64,000 nt of DNA, from the NCBI GenBank assembly GCA_001643675.2, contig LSRY02000054.1:372001-436000 (forward strand). Direction: 5' to 3'. Below are positions 12,401-25,979 of this stretch, piece by piece; within the stretch, counting starts at the first letter, position 1, and each line of letters begins with the position of its first letter. Below the pieces are notes generated by a model, which saw only the letters and a program-made list of their open reading frames with translations, was not told the DNA's origin and searched no databases. The stretch is from Monocercomonoides exilis PA203 (taxonomy: Eukaryota; Protista; Preaxostyla). A program made the position numbers and the translations under genes.

Positions 12401-15216
12401 GAGACAACTCTGCATTGAGAGGAAGAGATGTGTATGTTCGATGCCACTCAATTGAAACACAAATAGTTGATGAGCAATTCCTTTTGGATTTCAGATTGCC
12501 ATTTGTGAAGGATCTGGCGATATGGGGATGCACAACCGACTCGTTTGTGGGGGAAGAAGATCTTCTGCTGAGGGTTGTGAAATACCAGAGCGAGACGATA
12601 TTTGTGTCTTCTGTTGCAGACAATCACACAGACAGCAAGCAATGTGGAGAGTTCAGTATGCCTTGTCAATCGCTGAATATTGGAATTCAACACATTATTC
12701 CATCTCTGTACTCTCAGCTGTTGATATCAGAAGAGACAATAATCAATGGAGAATGTGAAGCGAAGGATGTGATTATCCGCTCACTTCAATCTCCCTCAAC
12801 TGCTTTGTTTCATTTGAACTCAACAATTACAGGTGATTCTGGGAATCTAATCACAACCACAGAGAATATTCGAATTGAAAGATTGAAATTCAATTTTGGG
12901 AAATCGTTTTCATATTCAGGCAATTCAATTATTCATGAAACAAGCGGACAACTTTCTCTTTCATCTGTTGATTTTTCTTCTGTTGGGGAATCAGAAAACG
13001 TTGAATCTGTTGTTCTCAATTCAACGTTGTTGAGCATCGAAAATGGAATTCTTCATGTTGATAACTGCTCGATAACAAAGCTTTCATTCAAGAAATCTTC
13101 GTTTCTATTAAATGGAGATGAGATAAATATAACGAATGTTAAACTGGAACAAATCGAATCAACAACAGATATATTTGTGATTGGAAAATGTGGAAGTGTT
13201 GTATTCAATGGAATTGATGCTTATGGGGTGAAGTTGTCTGGAGGTTGTATAACTTCTATTAAAGAAAAAACTTCGGGAGCAATTTCTCTTGTTGATTCAT
13301 CATTCAACAACTGTTCGAGAAATTCAGAAGGAGCTTCAGTTTTCTCTGCTTCTTCATCATCCGCTCAAATAGTTCTTTCCAACTGTTCTTGTTCCAACTG
13401 TTTCTCTTTGTCTGATAAAGGAAGCATCATGGAATTTGACAACATGAAAGATGCTCATATGAATATGTGTGAGCTTGAAGGAATTCTGACAAAAGAAAGT
13501 AAAAGAGAAAGAAATAATGAATCCAGAGAAATATGTGAATGGAATGGATCGCTTGTCCACGTGGAAAACTCCAATCTTGACTCAAAAGAAATAAAGATAG
13601 AGAATTCGTCAAAGGGAGGAATATCAATGAGAAGAGGAAATGTGAATATTGAGATGGGAATGTTTGCAAACAACAATCCTTTCATTGAAAAATATCCATC
13701 ACTCCGAAGAAACATCATTTGCTCAGATTCTGCTTCATTGGCCATTTCCAGCTTGAAAGGTGGAGATGGATTGAAAGATAATTCTTCTCTTTGGATTCTG
13801 AATGATGGATGCACGCTTGGAGGGATAGCAGGAGAAAGATCATCTCCTTTTTTCATTCCCAAACTGGAAGATGTTTTTGTGAATGAAAATGGAAGCAACA
13901 TTTATATCAAATTCAAGGGATCTCTTTTTGTTCCATGTGACTTGTCATTCAGATTGATATTCAAAACAGGGGATGTGGAGTTGGTTGAGACATATCATTT
14001 TGACGAAGACAGTTTTGTATCAGAAACTGAGGTGGTTGGGGAAATTTTATCAGAAAATATTTCGAAGATTGCAGATGAAACGGAGGTATCAGTGATGATT
14101 CTGTTTGGTGGATCCAACAAACCATCATCAACAAATTCATTCATACTGAAGAACAAAAGTGAATCCGAACCAAAAAGAGATGAAATAATATCAAAAGGAG
14201 AGGAAAAAATTGAATGGAGCTTATTTGCCTTTATTGGGTGCATTATTGTTCTGGTGATTTTTGTTGCTTTGTTTGTTGCGGTTCTTGTGCTTCTGCGAAA
14301 GAAACTGAGGGAAGCCGAAAAGAAAGTTGAGAAAGAGAGATTAGAAAATGAGCAGATAATGGAAAAGATGGAGAGAAGAAGAAGGGAAAACAATGGAGGG
14401 AACTTTGAGATGAGTGAAATGCCATCAACATTGCTGGAAGGGATGACAAGCCAAATTCCGCTTCTCATTGACAACGATGAAGATCTTCCAGAGCCTCCTA
14501 CAATGAGCAATAAAGAAATTCTGAATGAAAATGATCTTCCAGATTTGGAATCTCCATTGCCATTTTCTGGGGAAGCTTCTACTTCTGGAACTTCACAATC
14601 GAGTTCATTCAATGTGATATCAGCAAAGAAGCCATTTCGAGAGAAAGAGAAAAAGAACATCAAAACATTACACTCAGTGATTCATTCAGTTCAGGGTAAT
14701 TTCACATTGGGAACAAGAGCGATGGATGTTGTTGATGGAAAAGAAGTGGTTTTTGTTGTTGCAGAGCTGTTTGAGCATTTGATTTTCGTTGGAGACGAAA
14801 GAGTGGAAATGATGGAGAGGCAGCTGTGCCCATATTCAATCTTCGTTGAGGAAGGAAATGAAGAAATATACGTGTTGACAGAGGAATTGGAGGATGAGAA
14901 GCAGAAGGAAGAAATGAAGCGATGGAAGGCACCTGAAACTGGAGTTGGAGACGAGGAAATAGAAAAAGCAGTTGTTTTCACACTTGGACTGATTCTTCAT
15001 GAAATGACAACAGGGGAAGTGCCTTTTAGCGAGTGCATTGCTGAAGAAGCGCAAGATATGATAAGGGATGGAGTGCGACCCCTGACAGAAGGAATCGAAG
15101 GAGAAGATCTGATTAAGCTGATAGAGAAGATGTGGGCAGATAAGCCAAACGAAAGACCCACATTGGTGGAAGTGATTGGCTTGCTGAAAGATCCGGAGGA
15201 AGAATCCGAATGCTAA
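6484..15216 (+). CDS. Receptor A: ~2,900-codon type-I membrane protein (signal peptide, Cys-rich GGA[I/L]-repeat probable beta-helix ectodomain, TM, degenerate kinase C-lobe) with one in-frame TGA at 10597-10599
   Basis: ORFs 6463-10599 and 10621-15216 share a frame. ATG 6484 MSRRLLLLICLLIAK. Repeats GGALYV/GGGIY/GGAIE/GGAIN and CG...PC.TI. TM WSLFAFIGCIIVLVIFVALFVAVLVLL (~14215-14295). Tail RWKAPE...VFTLGLILHEMTTGEVPF...RP without GxGxxG, HRD or DFG. Confidence 0.85.
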
Positions 15217-16108
15217 TTTGCTTGGCTTTCTTGTTTCTTAGTTATATTCTTGTGGAATGGGAGAGCATATCAAAAATGTTCGATAATATAAATGTTGCAA
15301 GCTCCGTATGAATTGTGTTGAATCTTGCCCAACTGAACTTTCTGATCGCAAAGGTTATTAATTCTTAAACTTCTTCAAATTTGTGTTTCTGTGTAATTTA
15401 TTTCACAATTGTTTCATGTATCAATCTTTTTGTTTTGAATCTTCTACATCTCTTGAACAGACTCACTAAATGTATTTTATTTGATTGTTATAATCTTTTT
15501 CTGAATATCATATTTTTTTTGTGTGTATGTTCATTAGGTTGGAATTTTGCATCTTAACTCGTTTTTCTTTTTGTGAATCTATTGCATAAATGAATATTCG
15601 ATGCATTCACTCGAATTCTTAAAGAGTTTTTCTAAATGTAATCAATTTGTTGTTACTTCTTTTTGACAAAGAGAAAACAAATAACGTTGAATCGTAAGTT
15701 AATCAAATTTTGTAAAAAAAGTTTTTCGAATTTATTATACTGAACCTATAAAAATATGTAGGAGTCACATATTAGGAAGACAAGATTTTAGACGATTCTT
15801 TTTGAAATCAGGCTTTCGTTTGAGTTTTATGTGATATTTTTTTCTCAACTGGATATTTGAAAAAATGAACTGCACATTAAATACGTTCTATTTTTGAAGT
15901 TGCTATTAATGAAACAAAAATATTCGATAATCCCAAAGAGAAAAAAGATTAGAGTTTTTATTATACCTTCTCCTTTTTTTTCACTCTGACCTATTTTTTA
16001 TTACAAAATTTTATGTACCACTTTTTGAAATAACAACTTGATTTTGAGAATAAAAGGAATCTATATTGAATTTTTAAAATGTGTTTTGAAATGAAGCCTA
16101 TTTCTCAT

Positions 16109-16155
16109 GGGGTAGGGGGGGGGGGGGGGGGGGGGGGGGGGCGGGGATGTGGGGG
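16109..16155 (+). repeat. G-tract (27-G run plus G4-5 runs), G-quadruplex capable
   Basis: GGGGTA(G)27CGGGGATGTGGGGG in an AT-rich background. Confidence 0.85.
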
Positions 16156-16318
16156 TTTAAAACCTTCCATCAAGCTTCCACGAGAAATTGGTTGGTTTCA
16201 AGGGGTGTTAAGCCACTTTGTTCATACAAAATTATTTTTTTTTAATTTTTGAATGAAATTCATATTGTTTAAGAAAAATGAAAATTAGATCAAAACCTTA
16301 AAATAAATAATGAAAATA

Positions 16319-17800
16319 CGTGTTAGAGAAAAAAGAAAAAAACGGCAGAAAAAATTAGAGCATGCCATGCTATCCTTTCATTATAGAAATAATATGAAAT
16401 TCTAGAATGAATGGAACACATTGTGTGTTATGTTGTCGTCAAGATCACAGACGCCATCAATTCTAAGCAATTCAGTTGCAGCAGCATTAGAAACGCAGTT
16501 CGGGCGTTGCGAACTAAAAGGGAAGTTGGAAAACCAGGGAGACCGCAGGTTCTCAACAGAGAGAAGCAAGAAACAGTTCTTGATGTGATTAAAATTGTCA
16601 TTATTTGTGGGAGCAGTTTAACAATGAAGAAAACAAGAGAATTGGTTTGAACAAGTTTTTTATTGTTGCAATGAAATTTATTCTTTAGAGGGAAAATGTT
16701 TTTAACGATACAAAAGAAGAAAACGAGTCACATATCAAGGTCTTAAATACTGCGGCTTCCGATTTTTTGAAGCGGCATCCTGAGTTGAGGAAGAGCAAAC
16801 CAAAAAGTTTTGACATAAATCGGCAGGCTATGTCATGTGAAAGTGTAATGAAGCCCTGGTATCAAATGGTGACAGGTTTTCACGAAAAAAATCATTACAC
16901 ACCTTCATTAATATTTAACGTTGATGAATCATCATTGCGAGTTCCATCTGCTGCCAGTATTGAAGTTATCCATCAATCCAACAAATGCGCTTTGTATTGC
17001 AAAGAAGCACAAAGAATGAACAATGCAACACTTGTTGCTGCAGTGGCTGCAGAAGATTATTCATTGCCTTGCATCATTCTCTGGCCAAGTGAAAAACAAC
17101 AGGACGAACTGAAGCCTCTTCTCTCTCCAACTCTGGACATCTGGCCTAACAAAAGTGGCTGGATGGACAAGCAAAACTTCAAGAAATTTGTAGAAACAGT
17201 TCTTCTCCCTTCCATAGTTGAAAGCGCATGTCACTGGAAACAGATAAATGTCTTCTTTTCATCGGCTCTCATCCTTCACGCTGAGATCCTTCAATTTGGA
17301 AAACTTTCTCAGAAAATAACATAGACGTCGTAACAATCACACCATACAGAATTCATTTATCTCAGTCACTCGATAGATGAGAATTTGCAACTCTCAAAAC
17401 TTCTCTTTCTTTATCATTTGATGTTCCATCATCCACGTCATTGTCTGCTTCGAGAAGGACGCTTGCAGATGAACTTCATCAATCAGTTCACACCGCTTTC
17501 ACTTTTTTTGTAATCAATAACTATTAAAGAATTCGGATTCTTTCAAAATACGTTCGGTCCAGTTCTTCGCAAACCACTGGAATCATCAAAATATCATCTT
17601 CCTTCTTATCAAAACAGTTTCGATTATTTTGAAAATTTGATCACAAAAAAAGATCATCTCTATGATTTGAATGAAAAAATGAAGAGAAAGAAAATGGAAA
17701 AAAATGAAATGGTTGAATTCAACTAAAAAATCAAATGAAAACGCTCTGATGAAATTTTTGAAGACACAAACGAAGGGGAAACGAAGGACTTCAAAGAAAA
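16319..17800 (+). mobile_element. Decayed pogo/Tc5-like (DDE_1) DNA transposase
   Basis: HTH-like GRPQVL segment, FLKRHPEL, IFNVDESS, TLVAAVAA, NKSGWMD, then frameshifted SHPSR and SQSLDR*EFATLK, a degenerate match to the QPLDxxxFxxLK motif. Several stops and frameshifts. Confidence 0.8.
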
Positions 17801-18770
17801 CTTGGAAAAAGAAAGATTATTCGTAAAATTGATTAGTCTTTTTTTCTTTTTTTCTTTTTTTGAATGAGCATCATTTCATCTTGGTTTTTAAATAACAAAT
17901 GAAGAACATTGAATTATCATCCTCTCACGTGAACAACAATTTAAATGATGTATTAAATCAAAACAATTTGAAAAGCTTAAACTTTTCAATTTGAAATGTT
18001 TAATCTGAGCATTTTCAGTTTGAAAAAAAAAAAAGTTTTCAAAAAATAAAAAGATCATTCCAAAAAAGTTCAGGTTTTTTCACTCAGTGCAAATCGAAAA
18101 TAGAAATATAAAGAAATTTGTTGCATTTTCTATGTCAAAGCCTTCACATTATCCCATTAGTTATCAATTGTGGATTTGGTGAATGAGTGTTACCATTTAA
18201 TAAAGAGACTTTTGTCCTTAATATCATTATTTGTATAAAAAGCTAATTATTTGAACATCCAAAGAAGTTATAACAAAATTTTAAAGAATAGCTTTCTGGC
18301 ATGGAATATGTGACAGTGTTCATGTGGTCATTTTGCTTTCATTGTTCAGTTCAACTTTATAAATAAACTTTGAAAGAAAATAATATCCCATTCCTCAACA
18401 TTCTGAAATAATAATCATTCTCCTGTTCTTCTTGATAAAAAGTTTTTAATTTTTGTTAAAAAGTCAATTATAATAGATAATTTGCAGAATAATTGTTTTA
18501 TTAAACTTTCTTTTAAGCCAAAATATATTTAAAAATAATGTATTAAAAAGATAAAATGTGCATGTATTTGAAATGTGAGAAATAAATAATTCACATTGGA
18601 TGAAATAAAGTTACATAAAATGTGTGAAACAGTTGTAATCAAAACGCTAAGCAATCAAATTTCCAATCAACCTATAAATAAATAAAACTTATTTATCAAC
18701 AAAAAAACGTATCTAAAACGTATCGAAAAGCTAAAGAAAGCAAAATCAAATTCAATTTCGTAATGCTCCT

Positions 18771-20463
18771 TCATCCATTCGCCACCAGCTCGCAGATGCC
18801 AACTGACAAAGCCACAATGCCGTACACAACCGATGCTCCAATAAACACACCATGAGACCACCATCCGCTGTATGGCGTGCCCCATTCAGTTCCGCACTTT
18901 CGTTTGCTTTCAAACTGTAGCAGTGCAGGAATAAATACAACCAGAAAGACAGCGGAAAGGCCGCAGAATTCAATGACCACGTCCAGTGACGGGAAAAACA
19001 GCGCCAGTAGAAACGGAGGCAACGTCACCAGATACCGCAGAAGCAGCGGGCCAGCTCTGCCATAGGACTTCTTGAAGTGATCAGGAAACGAAGAGAAGAA
19101 AGAAAAGCCCACAGATCCAGCAATTAATGGAAACACAGACAGAATGTTCGCCATTGGAAACAGCATCACCGTCAGCTTTATCGCGATTGCAAATGCAGCT
19201 GGGATCTTCAGTCCATCTTTTCCTGCTTGTGAGGCTGCATCCACATCTGTTTGTCCATCCATTTGAAACCCTTTCTGCCCGAAATCTGCCCAGTTGAGAA
19301 TCACAAACTCCCTCGTGGAAGGCCCCAGCGTCACAGCTAGCAGTACGCCAAGCCCCAAGTACAAAGTACCCGAAACTACTAGTGCCACAACTGTCAGACA
19401 ACCAGCACTGTGCCTTTCCTTTCCCATCAGAGGCACAATACTGGGAAGGTTGTATGCACAGTTGAACGCAAAGCACACAGCAGAAAACAAAGTTGGAAAT
19501 CCAGACCAGTTGAAACCAAACATTTTCATCTCGCTGTGATACGATTCCATCTTTTCAATGCTTTCCTGAAGTGAATTCGTCCATTTGTTCCCGTTAACAA
19601 CAAGAGAGACAATGCAAGATAAAGCAATCAATAGAAACGCAACAACGCGATAGCCCATGAAAAATGACTGCACATGCGACATCCAGTTCATATTGAACGA
19701 CTCAAAACCAATCATCAGCGCGCATAGTAAAGCTACAAAAAATGAATATACTGTTCTACAAGAAAAGGATGGATTATCTTCAATGATACATTCTCCTTCC
19801 CATTTCAGAATATACTGCATAGTTATGCTTGCACCAATTGAGGAAAACATTGACACATATGCCCATAGCGATCCCAAAGCATACAGTAGCATAACAATGT
19901 GACAAAATGCAGCTCCAATCTTTCCACAAAATATTCCCATTGATTCGCTGAATTCGATCTGTAACGATGTTATTTTGTTCATAAAGACCTTGTGTTTAAG
20001 TTGTTTTGACTTCGCATATTTAAATCCACGTGATCGTGAAACAGTTTCAAGTGTCTAAAGATGTTGTAAGTCAACTTAAAAAAACACAGAAACTCATTTA
20101 TTGCAAACCCACACAGCCCCAAGCATCCCGAACCCCGTAGCAAGTACCGTTGCGATAATAGATAATGGCAAACCGCTTTTGTAGTATGCATGAGGAATTG
20201 CTTAAATTCACGTGAAAGCATTCTTTCTTTGTGAACAAAAACAAAAAAGATCAGAGAAATTCACACCAAAAAATCCTGTACCAATGATTACGTTCAGAAT
20301 CATTCCAAAAGAACGACATTTCCCCATCCCTTTCATGGAGCATACCGATCCAACAAAAATATAACCACAAAATATTTAATATCAATAATTAAAATTTTCA
20401 ATTCAGACCTTTAGCATCACCTTCTGTTGCGCTATCTGGAGCTTCATCAAGCATGCTCGTCAT
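18771..20463 (-). CDS. Amino-acid transporter family protein (Aa_trans, TMEM104-like), several 5' introns
   Basis: ATG 20463 MTSMLDEAPD; exons with MILNVIIGTGFFG, IPHAYYKSGL and TLETVSRSRG lead in frame into the 403-aa multi-TM ORF (FAFNCAYNLPSI; VVFIPALLQ). Confidence 0.85.
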
Positions 20464-21811
20464 ATTTATAATGCAAATGCAAAAGTAACAAACAAATTTC
20501 GCACGAAGAGCAACGGCAAAGTCTTCTTTCAAAATTTGATGACCCTTAATATTATATGCACTGATAAGAAAAATATTTTGAAAAAAAATTGATGTTGACA
20601 ACTTTATCATTATTCAAATGACAAAAATCATGTTTCTAAACATTTCATGATTTCCATATCTTCATTCGCTCCCTCCTCATCCACATTTCTCCTCATTGAA
20701 GAATGTAATTTCAGCTTCTTTGAAGCATTTGTTTTTTGAGATTTGGGATAAAATTTTTGCTTTATGAATTATGTTCCACGAAAAGATAACAAAATATTTT
20801 CTCAACTATTTAATTTTTCAAGTTTTTTATGCATTGTTTTAAAAGAATTTTAATGATATAATTGAAGAAAAAGTTTCTAACAAATCTTTGTTTTTTTCAT
20901 CAATGCAAGTATTTTACACCATATCAACAAAAAATTTTGTAAGTTCAGAAAAACAAAAGAAGAAGTAATAAACAAACAAAAAAGAGGAGCAATCAAATCA
21001 TAAATTATGCACATTATGTTGTGGTGGGATGAAGAAATTAAATTTTAATGAAATTAGAATGAGCTGAAAATGACGAAATGAGCAATATAAAACGAAAGAA
21101 ACAATAACGACAGAAAATATAAATTATACATTTCTTAATGATCAATTTCTATCTACAAATGAAATAATGCGAATAAACTATTTTCAATGGAGTATCAAAA
21201 TGAAATAAAAAATAAATGAATCATCTAAATACACAAAAATTATTTGAATTTTTACAAAAACCACCAGAAATGGTCGCTTTTCATAGAAATTCCAAAAAAA
21301 AATTTCCAATAAAGGATAAAAAAAAGATAATGCCGAAAAAAGATAAGTATATTTGCTTCCAGATATATTTCCAGTGAAATTCAATCAGAAACAAAGCATT
21401 TTGAGATAAAAAGATGAAGTACAACAACACATCGAAATCATTGGGGAAAAAAAAAAAATAAAAGAAACCCATAATTTCTGGCAAAGATTATATTTAAACA
21501 AAAATATTCTTAAAAAAAAATGCACATACATCAGAAAATACAAAATCAAATAAGAATAAACAATCTATTCTACAACTAAATATGTTCTTTCAATCAGAAA
21601 TATTTTGATTTAAACTATAAACATGTAAAATATATTTCTAAAAAGATAACAAAATAAATAAACAAAAATGGTATTTCAAAGATAACAGGAAATATACAAT
21701 TGAACATAAAATTCAAAAAAATTATTCAGCTATTTGAAAAAAAAAAAAAAAACCGCAAAATTCCTAAAAAGATATCTGCCATCTCAAATATAAAGGAAAA
21801 AAATAATGCAA

Positions 21812-21812
<1 letters not shown>

Positions 21813-21883
<71 letters not shown>

Positions 21884-21909
21884 AGAAAAAGAAAAAGAAA
21901 AAGAAAAAA
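21813..21909. repeat. Poly(A) run (~56 nt) followed by A-rich AAAAG/AAAAAG repeats
   Basis: Read directly from the sequence. Confidence 0.9.
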
Positions 21910-22195
21910 TATTAAAAGAAAAATAGAATTAACTAAAAAAACCTAAGCAAAAATATAAATTTTGAAAAATTATCTTTGTAAAAACAAGAATTATTAACGA
22001 AATTGTTCAAAACAATTGAAAGACTTTTACAACATAATTTATTTATTTTTTCAAAATAAAACAAAACCAGAAAAAATACATACACATTTTTAATCAAGAA
22101 ATAAATCATTGAAAAAAATAAAATTTACAATAAAGGAAAAAGAATAAGAATGAAACAACATCCCTTTGAAAATTCCATCAAAAATATACAATTTG

Positions 22196-22656
<461 letters not shown>

Positions 22657-22890
22657 AAATAAAATAAAAAAAAAAAAAAAAAGAAAAATAAAAACATAAA
22701 AAAAAACATAATAAAATAAAATAAAGTAAAAATAAATTAAACTTAATACAAATATTAACACAATATTCAATTTGTTATAATTCAAAAGGAATTCAACTAA
22801 ATTTATAAGAAAGTTTTTCAATAGCAACATTAATGCAACAATCAACAAATGAATAATGTAAGAATTGTTCTATCAATTGTAATTTATTCT

Positions 22891-24722
22891 TCATATTTCA
22901 AACTTCTTCTTCCTTTTTTTCTTCATTTTCTTCAAATTCTTTTTCTTCTTTCTTCTTTCTTCTTTACGTTTCTTCATCATCATCATCTTCTTCTTCAATA
23001 ACCTTTTCTTCTTCTTTCCCTTCTTTTCCTTCTTCTTCTTCTTCATCTTTTTCTTCTTCTTCTTCTTCCATTTTCTCCTCTTCTTCCTTCGCATCTTCTT
23101 CAATTTCTTCATCAATTTCTTCAATCACACACGAATCATCAACAGAATTTGCATATGAACTTGTACAAGCCAATGAATTTGTGCTGATGTTTGTGTTATT
23201 ATTCGTATTTGGATCAATATCTTCACAAACACTTGATGAAATTTCTGTGTTAATGTTATTTATTGCTCTTTCTGTTTGATTGATAATTCTTTCTTTTGCT
23301 CTTTCTCTTGCTCTTTCTCTTTCTCTTGCTCTTTCTCTTTCTTTTTCTCTTTCTTTGTTCATTTTCATTTTCTTTTTCATTTTCTCTTTCTCTTTCTCTT
23401 TCTCTTTCTTCAGCATCAATTTTCATTTCTTCTTCTTTTTCATCATATTCTTCTTCTCCTCCTCCTCCAATGGAAGATTCTAGATTTGTTAAAAGCAGTT
23501 TCTTTCCCATTGCCTTTTCCTCTTCTTCTTCCTCTTCTTCCTCTTTCCTTCATCTTCTCCTCCTCTTCCACCGATATCACACTCGCCCTGCTTATCTTTG
23601 CATGAATATAAAGCAACCACTTCCATTTTGCTTCTTCTTCTTTTTCTTCATTTTTCGCTTCTTCCTCTTTTGTCTTTTTTGCTTCTTCTTTCTTTTCTTT
23701 CTCTTCTTCCTTTTCTTCCTCTTCCTCTTCCTCTTCTTTTGTTCTGCCCTGCCTCAAAAGCCCCAAATTGGGCTTTTTGGGCACTGGAACACACAGCGGC
23801 GTCTGCCAATTGCACTGTGTATTCAACACACTTTCTGTGTGATGGAGAACAGGCTGAATAGACTGAGAAGGCAAAAGTGGATGAAGAGGCTGAATAGAAT
23901 TAAAAGGAGAAGAAAGTCGAGGGTAGTCTGGTAGGCGTGCCTTGTCCAGAAGCGGTAGATGCTTCCAGCGGACTGTCCGCTTTGGAATGGAAAGTGCTTC
24001 TGATGTGCTCTTCAAAAAATAAAGAGCATGAAGAATTGTGTTTGGTTTGCTTTCTGCGGCTTCGTCTGCTCCATTCATCATCCTAGCTTCTTTTCTGCTT
24101 TCATCATTGTTTTCTTCTTCACAAAAAATGTTATTCTTGCAAATATGACAAGTCCATGAAACGTGGTTATTGCTTGAAACTCTCTGAATTGAAGGACGAA
24201 CACTCATTGTTTTGTTAAAAAGCTGGCTTCAAAGTTAATTCGGGCAAATATTTTTCAAATAAATACAATTGTTGTTCAAATGAGTGCCTCATTTTTATGC
24301 GCCTTGTGCAGGAAACATATTTTATTGCTACTGTTGCAGACCAATTATATTTTCCCATGAGATAAGCCGCTGCTACAAATAACGCACGAGATCGTCCATA
24401 TACAGAATGAATCAGTATGCATTCACCGACATCTAATCCATGGTCAACAAATTGCACCAAGCTATAAATGTTAAAATGGTCTTTATCGAAGAAAAATGAA
24501 TTATCTTCATCTTTCAAGAAAAATGTTAAATAACTTATGCCAAAGTTACTGTACGCATTAATGATTTCTGTACCAGCACAATTTACGATATGTGTAATTC
24601 TGTTTGTGCTTAAAACTTGAGAAAATTTTGCGATAAGCTAAAACAGCAAGTTTGCATCGAATCACACCTCCATTGAAAATGCAGTTTCAGCAGGGCCCAT
24701 GTAAATGCTCCCTTTCAATCTG
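22891..24722 (-). CDS. Dual-specificity phosphatase-family protein with Cys-to-Ser active site and a long acidic low-complexity tail; start unresolved, several apparent frameshifts
   Basis: LKGSIYMGPAETA...ITHIVNCAG...ECILIHSVYGRSRALFVAAAYLMGKYNWS...FEQQL matches the DSPc domain. Continues across 1-nt indels through ORFs 23443-24207 and 22964-23419. Confidence 0.75.
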
Positions 24723-25190
24723 CTGACAGGTAAAATACGATAAAGAAATCGATAATTATCATTTTCTATAATATCTCTCTTTTTCACAACTTTACAAATC
24801 GGTAAATGCAAGTAAAATTGTTCGATTACTTAAATCAATATGAGATAAAGGTCAAACACTTTTTTATAAAAGAAATATAACTTTCTCTGAATATTGATCA
24901 TTAACCCATTGCATTTTCATTATTCAAAAAACATCGCTTATTATGATATTTCCTGTAATCCAATAACAAATGAGACATCATAAAAATAGATTCTTCATAT
25001 ACAAAGGTGACAAAAAGTGGTGAATGGGAACAAAACGCACTACTCAAAAAATTACTCAAAGAGAGTTTTATTTCAAAAAAAAGTGACACTTAATGGATAT
25101 AAAGCAATCTATAAAATTGAAATATTCATTTTCGACTCAAAATTCAAGTGATTAATAATTGCATTTTTCATCAAAAAATCAATGATCATA

Positions 25191-25568
25191 CAGATATCGC
25201 ATGAAATACCGGACAAGATCGATTTCACAATAACTGTAAGAGAAATAATTCTTACAATTTTCCTCAAAATATATCTCTTCAAGACAGACTCATTTGATAT
25301 ATAAAACACACAAAATAGCCTCATTTATTCTCAGAAAAAGTTATTTTTGAAATTTCGGAGAAACTCAAAATCATATTTCTCCTGGATTTTAATCATTAAT
25401 TTTCTCTGAGCACAAATGAAGCTATTTTAAAAGTCTCGTTTATCAGTTGAGTTTGTATTCATGAGACATATTTTGAGGAAAATTGACAAAATTATTCCTC
25501 TTGCAGTTATTGTGAAATCGATCTTGTCCGGTATTTTGTGCGATGTCCGGTATTTTATGCGATATTTG
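25191..25568. mobile_element. Palindromic MITE (378 bp) of Tc1/mariner type, flanked by TA
   Basis: TA|CAGATATCGCATGAAATACCGGACAAGATCGATTTCAC... and ...GTGAAATCGATCTTGTCCGGTATTTT...GCGATATTTG|TA. Arms are complementary almost to the centre. Confidence 0.85.
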
Positions 25569-25979
25569 TACACTTATAATATTATTTCTCAAATTTTTTT
25601 TATTTGGAATAAGAGAGGCTATCGGTTTCAATTCTTTCACAATGAGTGAATTAGGGTATTATATAAATTAAAATATGAACCTAAATCACTGATTTAAGTT
25701 TTATTTATTAAAGAGATAAAAAAACAGGAGTTTTGTTGATGTAAAATTTCAAAAATGGGTCACAAATTCAATTATTCGACTAAAATTAAATTTACCAGGA
25801 AAAATATCCCACATGGACTTATTATTTATTTTGATAACGAACATTTACGTTTTTAGAAGCATTTTGTGCAGTACGTTTTGTTCCCACAAATCGATTTGAT
25901 TATATAAATGAGTTTGAATTAATATTTTTTGTCTTCATGTTTGTTTCTTTTCCATTTCTTTTCTCATATGAGATCTTGT

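Noticed and set aside
11907-14981. Long antisense ORFs opposite the receptors (also 31600-36555 and 56061-56942)
   Set aside because: Shadow frames of long coding sequences; conserved only because the sense genes are.
15300-15350. Possible SECIS (ATGA...AA...TGAT) after receptor A
   Set aside because: Helix II does not pair convincingly by eye; needs a covariance search.
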